From positions 92,382,001 to 92,446,000 of the forward strand of contig NC_087437.1 in assembly GCF_036321535.1 (NCBI RefSeq): a stretch of DNA of 64,000 nucleotides, given 5' to 3'. Of this stretch, positions 25,195-37,260 are shown piece after piece. The notes beneath the pieces are model-generated. The model saw only the letters and a program-made list of their open reading frames with translations. It had not been told where the DNA came from and searched no databases. The stretch's first letter is position 1. Each line of letters starts with the position of its first letter. Both the position numbers and the translations under genes were made by a program. The stretch comes from Camelus dromedarius. Its lineage: Eukaryota.

Positions 25195-28100
25195 ACACAC
25201 AGAAAGAGAGAGGACACAAATTGCTAATATCAGAAATAAAGAGGGGACACCACTATAGCTCCCATGGACATTAAAAGGATAATTAAGGAATAATATACTG
25301 TAAATAACTCTATGACCACAAATTTCATAACCTAGATGAAACAGACCAATTCATGGATAGAAACAATCTTCTCAAAATCACAAAAGAATAAATTTACAGT
25401 ATGAATAAGCTTATATTAAAAAAAAAAATCAACAATTAATAACCTTCCAAAACAGAAAGCACCAGGCCCATATAGGTTCACTGGTGAATTCTACCAAATG
25501 TTTAACGAAAAATTACGCCAATTCTCTACAATCCCTTTTAGAGGATAGAAGTAGAGTCAATACTTCCTTAATTCATGCTGTGAGAACAGCATTGTCCTAA
25601 TGCCAAAACCAGACAAGGATACTATAAGAAAACTATAGACCAATATCTCATATGAACATAGATGCAAAAATACTTAACAAAATATTAGCAAATTGAATAT
25701 TAGCAATAATGTGTAAAAAGAATTATATACCACAACCAAGTGGGATTTGTCCCAGATATGAAACACTGAATAACATTTGAAAATTAATTAATATAGTCCC
25801 ACACATCAACATGCTAAAAAAGAAGAAACACGTAATCATATAAATAGGTACCAAAAAAAAAAAAGCATTTGACAAAAGCCAACACCCATCCATGATAAAA
25901 GCTCTTGGTAAACTAGAAGTAGAAGGGAACTTTCCCAACTTGATAAAGAATATCTATGCAAAAACATCTACAGTTAATATATATTTAATAGTGATAAATT
26001 CAAAATTTTCCACTAAGATCAGGAACAAGGCAAGGATGTCCCCTCTCACCACTGCATTTCAACATTGTGCTGGAAGTCTTATCTAATGTAATAAGATGAA
26101 GAAAGGAACTAATAGGAATATCTATTGAGAGGATGACATAAAACTATTTTTTAAGGATGACATATCATTTATGCAGAGAATTCTAAGGTATTGACCAAAA
26201 AAAAAAAAAAAAAAAAAAAAAAAGCCCTCCTGGAACTAAAGCAGTTATATCAAGATTACAGGATACAAGGTTAATATAAAAAAAAGTCAATAACTTTTCT
26301 ATATACTAACAATGAACAAGTGAAATTTGAAATTAAAAACAAAATACCATCTACATTCGCATGCCCCCAAATGAAATACATAGTATATATATAGGTATAC
26401 ATATATAGGTATAGAATTATGTATTAACAAAATATGTACAAAGCATATATGGGGAAAATTACAAGACAAAAGAAAGCAAAGAAAAACTAAATAAATGGAG
26501 AGATACTCCATGTTCATGAATGAAAAGTCTCAGTATGTCAAGATATAAGTTCCTCTGAACTTGATCTATAGATTCAAGCAATCCCAGTCAAACTCCCAGA
26601 AGTTTTTATGATATCAACAAACTGATTCTAAAGTTTAAATGGAGATCAAAAGGCAGAATAGTCAACACAATATTAAAAGAGAATAACAAAGTTGGACAGA
26701 CAGTACCCCATTTCAAGACTTACTATAAAGTTACGGTAATGAAGTCTATTTAGTATAGCAAAGAGTAGACAAATAGATCAATGGAACAGAACAAAGAGCA
26801 CAGAGATATACCTAAATAAATACTGTCAACAAATCTTTGACAAAAGTGAAAAACAAAAAGAATGGAGCAAAGATAATCCTTTGAACAAATGGTGCTGGAA
26901 CAATTGGACATCCACATGGAAAAAGCTGATTCTAGACAGAATTTACACGCTTCAAACAAATTAACTCAAAATTTACCTAAATGTAATACAAAAAACTGTA
27001 AAACTTTAGAAGATAACACAGGAAAATGTGGATGTTCTTGGATACGGCAATGACTTTAGATACAACACCAAAATAACAACCCATGAAAGACATAATTGAT
27101 AAACTGTAGTTCACTAAAAGTAGTAATTCCTGCTTTGTGAGAGACACTGGAAAGTGAATGAAAAGAAAAAGGGAACTGGGAGAAAATATTTATAAACACA
27201 TACCTGATAAAAGTCCATTTTCCCAAATTAAAAAAAAAAATCTTAAAACAGTAAGAAAACAAATAATAACCTGATTAAAAAATGGGCCAAAGATTTTAGT
27301 AGACACCTCATTAAATAAGATAGACATAAGGCAAATAAGCATATGAAAAGATGTTCCACATCATATGTCTTCAGGGAAATATAAGCTAAAACACCAACAG
27401 CAGGATACACTGCACCCCTATTAGAATAGCCAAAATCCAGAACACTGACAACACTAGAGGCTAGTGAGGATGTACTGCAAAAACACTCATTCCTGCTGGT
27501 GGCAATGCAAAATGTTACAGCCACTTTGGAGACCGTTTGGTGATTTCTTATAAAACTAAGCATATTTTTACCATACAATCCAGCAATCACTCTTTTTGGT
27601 ATTTACTCGAATGAGTTGACAACTTATGCACATACAAAAATCTACACATAGATGTCCATAACAGCTTTACTTGTAATTGCCAAAAATTGGAAGGAACCAA
27701 GATGTCCTTCAATAAGTGAATGGGTGAATACATTGTGGTACCTCCAGACAATGGAATATTATTCAATACTAGGAAGAAATGAGTACTGAAAAGACATGAA
27801 GGAATCTTAAATGCATAGTACTAAGTAAAAAAGTCAATCTGAAAAGGTTCCGTACTGTATGATTCCAACTATATGTTATTCTGGAAAAAGCAAAATTATG
27901 GAGGCAAAAAAAAAAATAGTGGTTTCCAGAGGTTAGAGAAGAGGGAAGAATAATCAGATGAAGTACAGAGGACTTTAGAACAGTGGAACTATTCAGTGGA
28001 ACTATAATGGTAGATACATGTCATTAAAAATTTGTTCAAACCCATAGAATGTACAATACCAAGAGTGAAATCCATTGCAAACTATAGACTTTAGGTGATT

Positions 28101-28269
28101 ATTTTTCAGTGTCCGTTTATCAGTTCTAACAAATATACCACTCTGGTGGGAAATGTGGATAAGGGAGGCTACACATACGAGGGGGCAGGGGGCATATGGG
28201 AAATCTCTATACCTTCCATTCAACTTTGCTGTGAACATAAAACTTCTCAAAAAAATAAAGTCTATTAAA
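25195..28269 (+). mobile_element. L1MC1-like LINE-1, about 3.1 kb: disrupted ORF2 including the RT domain, plus 3'UTR
   Basis: KAFDKSQHPSMIKALGKLEVEGNFPNLIKNIY (about 25862-25957); ggaacaaggcaaggatgtcccctctcaccac ([10 protein letters not shown]); L1MC 3'UTR ending aataaagtctattaaa; internal A27 run at 26197-26223. Confidence 0.93.
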
Positions 28270-28279
28270 CACACACACA

Positions 28280-28432
28280 GAGTCTGACAATCTGGACACT
28301 TGATTCTAGTCCTTGTTTTTCCATAATTAACTGTTTGATTATATATAGGTCACAACAGACTTCTGTATTTATTTCCTTATTGGAAAGTAAAATGATTAAG
28401 AAGGTCGCTAGGGTTCCTTCAGTTCTAACATT
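28280..28432 (+). mobile_element. MIR3-like SINE
   Basis: gattctagtccttg head and gctagggttccttcagttctaacatt MIR3/L3 tail. Confidence 0.5.
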
Positions 28433-29757
28433 TCATCATCTTTCTTCCTTCTCTACTTCACTTCAATAAAATCATTTTATGACAGTGATTTTCTGCTTTT
28501 ATGAGTGGAATATATACATATATATATTTTTTATAATGTCATGTTTTGATATTGAGATTATTCTGCCTTTCCCTAAAATCTTTTGAGTGTTCAGGTTCAC
28601 TTTGTCCTTGTGTACAAGCCTTCAGTGCCGTTAATGCAAAATATATAATTTAGGACTATTTTCAGTAACATTACTATTCAATCAGTGTAGAAAGACAAGG
28701 TGAAAAGGTGCAGACCAAATACTGTTCTTTACAGACAATTGTGGACGTACTTCTGTGCATAGTTCAAGCTCTGCTATCACCAATGTTAAGACTAAATGAA
28801 GATGTAAGAATTCAGTAGGACTCATTGTGTGTCATTTCTGAAGGAACACAGTTGTCATGAGTCACCATTTGAGTCAATACTAATTAAGGCTCAAATTACC
28901 ACCTTCCTAAATGGCCTGCTGTCTCTCTGTGGGGAAAAACAGTAGGCTGTATAAATGTGGAGTCAATTTAACTTGTATTTCATATGATGTGAATCTTTCT
29001 CACTGTAACTGGGATTTGTGTATAAATTAAGGTACATTTAGTTCTTTCTCCAGTTCATAGATGGCTAAAGACTCCAAATGAGGTGTTCTCCAAAGATTGG
29101 GAACTAGTAGGAAAATTGCACTCTGATATCGAAGCTGGAAAGATTCAACATAAATTAATGAGATTAGCCATCTGCAGAAGTGACCCATTCTAACAGATGG
29201 TTCCTAAATGCGAGAATGATTACACAAGGGGGCTTCTCAAATCTCATTAAAGACACTAAAATAAAGCCAATGTAAGATAAACCGTGACCTAATTAATTGT
29301 AACTTCTTCTGTGGAATGTCAGCAGAAGGCTAAGGCATGCCTGAAGTCTGCAGGAAAAAAAAAATGGAGAGACAAAGGGGCAGAATTTGACAATGGCATG
29401 CACTCAGGCAACATTTCTTGAGCTCCTACTTATGTGCCAAGCATTAAGCAATATGTTGGCTTTTGCTTCAAGAATAGGAATCACATCACTGAAGATAAAT
29501 GTTTGTATTTGCTTGGCAAATATGTCTTTTTTGGTGTAAAAGGTTGAATTAAACTATCAATTAAAATCCTCTACAGTTCTCTAGGCAGATATTTTAATAA
29601 TTTGCAAACTGATTAACCAGTATAAATATCTTGCTTACCTTTTTATTTTTTAATTTCAGCATATTTAATTAAATTATTATTTTATTGAGAAAATACTAAG
29701 TAGAAGATATTTTGTTTAAAACCATGGTGAATGCAATAAATATGTCAGTATCTTGTT

Positions 29758-30253
29758 CTTTTTTATTGAAGTATAGTTAATTTATAATGTAGTAGTTTCT
29801 GGTGTACAGCATAGTGATTCAGTTATACATATATTTTTTCATATTCTTTTTCATATAGGTTATTATAAGCTACTGAATATAGTTCCCTGTGTTACACAGT
29901 AGGATCTTGTTTATCTATTCGGTATATAGTAGTTTGTACCTGCTAATCCCAAACTCTCAAGCTATCCCCCACCCCCTTTGGTAACCATAAGTTTGCTTTC
30001 GGTCTGTGAGGTTTTTTTCTATTTTGTAAGTTCATTTTTGTCGTTTTTCTTTTTTTTAAGATTCCACATAGAAGTGGTATCATATGACATTTGTCTTTCT
30101 CTGTCTGACTTACTTTACTTTTAATGATAATCTCTAGGTTCATCCACATTGCTGCAAGTAGCATTATTTCATTCTTTTTTATTATTGAGTAGTATTCTAC
30201 TGTGTACATACACCGTAACTTTTTTATCCAATCATCTGTCCATGGATATTTAG
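29758..30253 (-). mobile_element. Cetartiodactyl-type L1 3' fragment
   Basis: ttttattgaagtatagttaatttataatg...tggtgtacagcatagtgattcag. ORF 29943..30284(-) PWTDDWIKKL...YYSIIKKNEIM. Candidate TSD aatatgtcagtatcttgtt (29739-29757) / aatatatcaatatattgtt (30254-30272), 16/19. Confidence 0.92.
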
Positions 30254-30279
30254 AATATATCAATATATTGTTTGCTGCC

Positions 30280-30720
30280 TTCAAAGTGTGTAATCATAGG
30301 GGAAATAAACCTATAAAAACATAGCTACAATATTAAGTAAAAGGATATAGAAAAGAGATAATTCTTCATTTGGCATTTAGAAGCAAGGGGTAGCATGAGG
30401 AAGCTTTCATGAAGGAGATAACATAAGCTGAATCTGAAAAGATTTAAACATCTCTTGAAAGGAGAGAAATCATTCCATGTGGAGGTATAATGGAGGTTTA
30501 ATGTATCTGACTCATAAAAAGAAGGAGGTGACCCTGAAAAAAATTCTGAAATATAGCAGGTATGAAGAGGAGTAATAGCAGATAAGGGTAGAAACATGTT
30601 TGGAACAAGGTCACTATGTTACATGCCAAGATAAATATATTAAACTTAATTCTTTAGAATGCAGGCAACCACTAAAATACTGAGTTAGGATGTAAATGGA
30701 GATCATGATTAAACATTTGA
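30280..30720 (-). mobile_element. L2 fragment
   Basis: gaagctttcatgaaggagataacataagctgaatctgaaaga and related antisense L2 motifs. Confidence 0.45.
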
Positions 30721-31849
30721 ATAACTCTATGTAGAGTTATAAAATTGCTTTGTGACTTTTAGATTAACCTATTGTCATTTGGATGAATACACTAGCATGT
30801 GAACATCCCTAGAAAGATTGATAAAATCAACATCCAGCTTATAAAATACTGAGAACCAGACTTTGGTCCCATGATATAAATGTCTCATGAAGTAATAAGA
30901 TAACAAAGAATCATTGTAGATGTTTTTGCTCACCCTCTTTCCTCTAGGCTATGATAAAGCCCAGATTTTAAAAGCTGAATTATCACTGAATTAAATCTGA
31001 ATTTAGCCAAATTATGATTCATTTAGTGAAATAATAAGTCTTCATTAAAAGAAAAAAAATTTTTCTTCCTCAAAACTACTTAGATAATTACATTGTTGTA
31101 CAGGTATTCTCCTTAGAATTTGAAATTTCACGTGCTTTGAGATTAGAACACAGTTTCAACTATCTTCTAATGAAAAACTCATCTTTTGAGAGTAAGTTTT
31201 AAAAATATACTTTAATTTGTTCTTCAAGTCAGAAATTATAGTTTTAAAGTACTTCTCCATTTAAGTTTTCTTCAATGCAGAATTTTTAACATCATTGAAA
31301 TTAATAATTTCTACCTAGCCACTTTTCTTTCTCAAAGTATTCCTGAATTAGAGACCAAAGTGTCAAGTTACATGCTCTCAGAGCCCATTTTCAGAAGGCC
31401 ATCATAAACATGGAAAAAAGAAAAATAACCAGTTTATTTAGTAACTTCAATGTAAATGAATTTCTTTTCTTTTCAGTTATCTTGATGACTTGATTCATTA
31501 TCTAGAAGAAATTTCTACTTAATATTACAGATTTCAGTACAAAGTAAAACTGAGAAATTCATGTCATACTTATATGTCTCTTGGCTGTACATCATACCAT
31601 CAACAGTATGTTTAAGAGGAAGCACTTTTTAGTATTTTTAATCACTACTTTTCACAAGAGCTCATAGATTTTGTATCATGTTTTTTTAACCAGCTTGTTT
31701 ATACAGCAAAGGGGGTTAGAAGCGAGGGTTGGTAGTAGGCAATGAGTGGGAAGAGTGTTCCTCCAGAAAGAGGATCAGTGTTACAGGTTATAAGAAACAG
31801 TTATAAGATCCCAAGAACCAGTGATCCTCTGAAAATTATTCCCAAATCT

Positions 31850-32245
31850 CCTTGGATGCCCTCATGTCTATCCCTTTGTTGGTAGCAAAGCAGGAGACAC
31901 TGGTAGGAAATTGAAGGGCTGATGACAGAATTCAGGATATTGCTGTCACAGTTTCAGCCTTAGAAAGCTTTCTGGCCAAGGCTGCATCTTCTCTGTGGTT
32001 TCAGCCCCAACTGGATAAGCCCACTGTATGCCTGTTCCAGTGTCCCCAGGGCTCTAGTGACACTGCCTCCTTTTAGATTATCTCCAGCCTAAGGATAACA
32101 GTGGCTTGCTAAACAATAACCTAAGATGCAAATCTGGAGAACCTCCAAGTGTTTCAGATATCAGCTACTGAATATGTGAATAACCGATTCCCTGAATAAA
32201 TTCTCTCTACTAGAAATACTTGAAGTGAGTGTCTTTGTATCTACA
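31850..32245 (+). mobile_element. LTR41/LTR40-like ERVL LTR
   Basis: ggctctagtgacactgcctcc...ctccagcctaagg...aaccgattccctgaataaattctctct...gaaatacttgaagtg resembles the 3' half of the LTR40/41/52 group; 5' boundary uncertain. Confidence 0.55.
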
Positions 32246-34284
32246 CCAATAGTATTTATCTACTCCAGGGGTGCCTTCATTTCCACATGGTACACCAAGT
32301 GTGGCAAATCAAGTCCCATTTCTGGATTTCCTCCCAGGCATCCTTCTAAGTCTACCATTCCCCCACCCGTGGCTCTGAGTATGAGAAGTACACGAGCCCC
32401 ACTTGAAGACCGATCCTCTGAAAACATGTAAGTGTCAACAAGGCCTAGGACAACACAAAGGCTCCTGTAATCAGCCCCAGCTGCCCAGAATATGCGGCCT
32501 CCACATACACATGACAGGTCAGCTTTGATAGGCTCTAGTCTCCTTTTCACTTGTACTAATGATGGTTGAAAACTGGCAGGAGAATTCCACCTCAGAGTTG
32601 ATGTTTTCTGTCAGTCAGCTGTGTTTCGCTGTCATTCCTTTTAGCAATGGTGGGCTGAAGTGAATGAATATTGGTCCCCTTTTAAGAAATACACCAATAG
32701 CACTGTCCTTTCCATCTCAAGGTGTTTAGGTCTTATGATACAAAAGGTTGATTGGTGACTTCCATCAAGGGTTCCCCTCTCTGTATGTCACTGACAATTA
32801 AAATGGTGAAGCACTTAAGTTCACAGGGGAAGCTTCCTTGGCTAGACTTAATGACTTAGACCATTACTGATGCATCTGCTATGGTGTAGATGGCCATGCT
32901 ACCCTGAGGGTAGGACACTACCAAGGTTGACTCCAAACAAAGTGTAAGGCCAGTCAGGGAAAAATGGAAATACCCTGGCTAGTGCCAGGATGCTATATAA
33001 ATAGAACAGGAAATGTTTGCTGCAGGGATAAAGCTCCCTGTCATGGTTAGTTTTGGAGGGAACTCTTCCCTGGCTACTGGAACCCTTACTGTGTCAAAAT
33101 AAAACAACAGAATATTTGTTTTTCTTCATTCATTTCCTGAGACATAAATATTTGCAAAACCACAAACAAATTATGGGTGTGTCTTCTACTTCTATTTCTA
33201 ATAGTAGAAAATATGTCTTTTTTTTTTTTACTATAAATATAAAAAAGTCAAGGAGACATAAGAAAAAATTCAGTAATTAAAAGGAATAGTTTTAAAAAGG
33301 AATCAAATTGGAATAAATACCTCTTATCCTATTGGGAGAACACTTCTGAAATTTTCTAATTCACATTCAAAATAATATTAATATTTCCTCTAGGAAACAA
33401 AAGCCAGCCATGAAGGATGACTAACTGCCGTGGATATGTCGTTTTCATCTCTTTTCACTCTCTCTCTCCTGCCCTTTACTTTAGGGATAGTGGCTACGGA
33501 TGGCCAATTACTCCAGCTTTGAAGGCATTTTGTACTTTTCAGTGCCTAACGGTGTTAGTCATTTTTTGCTGTGCTTCTCAAAGAGAAAATATTTTGTACC
33601 TCTGTAGGGCTCTGCTTGTTTTCTTGTTTTGGGTTGTTTTTCAGGGTCAAATGGTGATGGTAGAGCAGATCCTTCCGAAGTTAATATGTTTTCACAGCAC
33701 ATTGGGCTGCTGCTTGCAGCACCCCAGGGGTTCATAGCCTTCTCCTTTAAAATTGAGTGGTTTAGTGATACATTTCTGCAGTTCTGAATCACAATTCTTT
33801 AATTCATCTATTGAAGTCACTCATAAATAATGATCAGCATAGGATGGAAAATGTCTGTTCAATAATAAAAATGATCTCAACTTTGGGTCTCTGAAAATTG
33901 CTGATAATATGGCTGTCTTGACTAGAATCTGAAGTTCTGTTTTTTAAACATGGTTTCTATAAACAATCTATTTGTGATGACAAGATCTTTTTTTCATTAT
34001 AAATCAATATATACATGAGATGTTTTTCTGCATCAACAGTCAGTGTCTATAAGGCGTATTTTGCCTTCAAGAACTTCAGAGGATAGTCATTCTGCCTTCT
34101 CTATATTGTCAAGTAGAAAACTGCTCAAACTGAAGTCCCAGTAACTGAAGGCTTTTCATGTTGCAGAGAGGCTATTTTCAGGAGTCATCACAGAGATAAA
34201 CGGCTCTGACGTCATTGAATCCTGTAAGAAACTAACCCTGGACCCTGAGATGGACATCCCCATGCTCATCTTCTCAATGATTTT

Positions 34285-34311
34285 TTGTTGTTGTTGTTGT
34301 TGTTGTTGTTT
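34285..34311. repeat. (TTG)n microsatellite
   Basis: Directly visible. Confidence 0.9.
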
Positions 34312-35338
34312 TGGCTGCAACTTAGAATTCAACTAATCTAACAGCAAGTGCCAACTGAGCTCCAGCAAACACAAAACTGGGCTCAGTAATGTAAGAAAAT
34401 AAGGGAAACACCAGGTTCCACTCTGGCCCTTAAGTAGTCTGTGAGAGTTCTCTTAGCTGACTCCCTCACTCCTTTCTCACTTGTCTAGACAAAATTATTT
34501 CAGGGATGGCAAAGACTACAAGTTTGGAGGTATCAACATTTCCCTCCTAATTCTGTAAGTCCTAAAATTTCAGTTTCAGGAAGGTACTAATAACTAAATT
34601 TACATTATGTTCATAATTTTTAGAGTTAAGTGGTTTGCAGAATATGTCTAAATTCTATCAGTTTTCTTGTCACAAATACTTGTCTTTAACCACTTTGTTA
34701 CTGCTACACAATCTCATCTAAGAATTTAATGAAACTCATCACAAATATCCAAGAATCATAAGAGACTTTGATTACCATAGTTGTTTAAAAAGGAAGACTT
34801 TGTATGTATAATCTTGTGGAATTGTTGTTAATCATAAGAATGAACATTAAAAATAACTGACACATTCTGTTATAAAATGCACATTGGCCAGAGAATTTAG
34901 GTTTTATCTCTACTTTGACACATTGTAGGAGCTCTGGAATCCCTTAGAACTCTTTCCTCTTCTCTAAAATGAGGGATTACACTAGGTAACTTTACAGATT
35001 CTTTACTGATTTTATATATATATAATCTTGTTGGGATAGTAATTCATGTCTAAAGTTGTAGAAGTTCAGTTGGCCAAAAAGATCAATAAAACTCACAGAA
35101 ACCACTGGAAATGGTCAAAATTAAGTAGCTATGGCTCAGCCTTGGCTTTTCTCAACTTTTCCCCTAGCTTTTATTTGAAATAATTTCCATTTACATCTGT
35201 CTCCCCAGTTAGGTAGAAGACATGCCAGCAGATATGCTGGTTAAATAAATTATGGTATGTAATTGATGGAATACCTCTGTAGCAATTAGTTATGATTTGC
35301 CAGATTGTTGACTGAAGATGTAAAATCGTGTACATATT

Positions 35339-35802
35339 CATGGTAGGCAGAATAATGGCCCCTCAAAGATGTCCATATCCTAATCCCTGGAACTTATGAA
35401 TATGGCACCTTATATGGCAAAAGGGACCCTGCATATGTGATTAAGATTTAAGAATCTTGAGATAGGAAGAAAATCGTGGATTATTCATGTGGGCCCAATG
35501 TAATCACAAGGGTCCTTATAAGGGAAAGAAGGAGGAGAGAGAAGATGTAACAAGTAAGCAGATCTATGAGTGATGAGGCCATTAGCCAAGGAATGTGAGC
35601 AGCCTCTAGGGGCATGAAAAGGCAGGGAATAGATTCTTCCCTAGTAATTCCAGAAAGAACTTAGTGGTGCTAAGACTTTGCTTTTAGCCCCATAAGACCC
35701 ATTCTCAGACTTCTGAACTCTAAAATATGAGATAATATTTGTGTTGTTGTAAGCCACCAAGTTAGTGGTAATCTGTTACAACAATAACAGGAAACTAACA
35801 CT
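35339..35802 (+). mobile_element. MLT1D (ERVL-MaLR) solo LTR
   Basis: tggtaggcagaataatggcccctcaaagatgtcc...gggcccaatgtaatcacaagggtccttataag...taagccaccaagttagtggtaatctgttaca...ggaaactaac. Confidence 0.9.
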
Positions 35803-36689
35803 TTCTTTGAGTTTTAAAAAAATCATGTTAGGAAGTTTTAGTTCAAGCTCAAGTTAGAAGAAGGAGTGACCTTATCTGCATCTAGTTCCCCCTAAATCTT
35901 ATTGCAGTAAAGTACAAAGTGTTAAAATCTGTAATAGAGAAGGGTATAGTTTTCACAGCAGGGATGGGTCATCAACACACAAACACAACTAAAAATATTT
36001 CTGACAGGTTGAAAATCAAGACATACCTATTGAGATATTAGCCAGAATAGAAGAAGCTGCAATCTTGCACAAAACCATAAGATGGCAAGAGGAGAGGTGG
36101 GAGGTCAATTTTTAAAGGCCCATGACTTTGGGACAGGGAAGTTTCGATAGTAAGAGTGAGTATTTGGACAGAAAATGGGTTAATTCATTGAAACGCTATC
36201 TGCAGTAAGATTTGCTCAATCATTTGGCCTGACTCAACCCTCCATCCCCAATTCATCTTATACATGGCTTTAGCACTTGGTATTTTTCTCAAGGAAAATG
36301 CTAGAGCTCAGTCTATAGAATTGGAATGGCTTAAGGAAAAAAAAATGAAGTTTTTCTAAGATGAAGTTAGGACTTCAGAGTTATTTCATTTCATTTGGGA
36401 TTTGCCGGGGAGGGGTGGGAGCAACAGCATGTCCATTTCTGGTTTCCATGTGGGTTGCCAAAGCTTGCCTACAAGCCCCACAACTCTCCCTGATAGCTTC
36501 AACTGCCAGTCAGACTAATAATCAAGGAAACAGGCCTTTTGAGAAACTAAGCCTTATTACATAATGACAGAGGGATCCCAAGACACCCACATGTATTGAT
36601 CAACATGCAAACATGATTAAAGTATTTCTGACAGATTGAGGAGCAAGGCATATACTGAGAAAATAATCCAAATAGAAGCAGCTGTGATC

Positions 36690-37260
36690 CATACTAACTA
36701 TTTGTTCTTCAATATTAACAGAAAGCCAAGGTCACTGGATCCTTGAGAAAATAACACTTCATAACAAGGAGAAAACTGGAGAGGTGTTCGTATATTTTAA
36801 ATTTGTATCCCCAGAATTGTTTGATAAGTTATGGAGGCCTTAAAATATAAACAAGAAAAATTTGCTGTAAAAAAAATTCTAGAGAATGCAAAAGAAATTT
36901 GCAAATTTTGAAACTATAACTTACAATTTGAATAAGTAAATACAGTCCTGATGGAGTAATGACAAAGAGGAAAAGAGTGTGAAAAAAAAAAAGTCAAAGA
37001 AACAGAGCATCAGTCAGGGAAGAAAACATTCACCTAACAAAACGAATGAAAAGAAAAAACTGAAATGAGAAAATTATCCCCCCAAATATTGACAGAATCT
37101 TCCAAATGGAACAGGACCACCAAGTTGCTAGCGAGTATAGTAAAAGACTTAAATCTGGACACAGCCTCATGAAATAACAGAAAATCAAAAGAGAATCTAG
37201 ATCAACAGCAAGAAAAAAAAAAAAAAAGAGAGAGAGAGAGATCCCAATTGGTATCTGTAG
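36690..37260 (+). mobile_element. Ancient L1/HAL1 ORF1-region remnant
   Basis: A-rich sense strand with degenerate ORF1 phrasing (gaccaccaagttgctagc, gacacagcctcatgaaat). Confidence 0.35.

Noticed and set aside
3411..28269. Long inverted repeat formed by the L1MC copies at 3411-4411 (-) and 27300-28269 (+)
   Set aside because: Independent, heavily diverged insertions of one family about 23 kb apart; no sign of a single composite element
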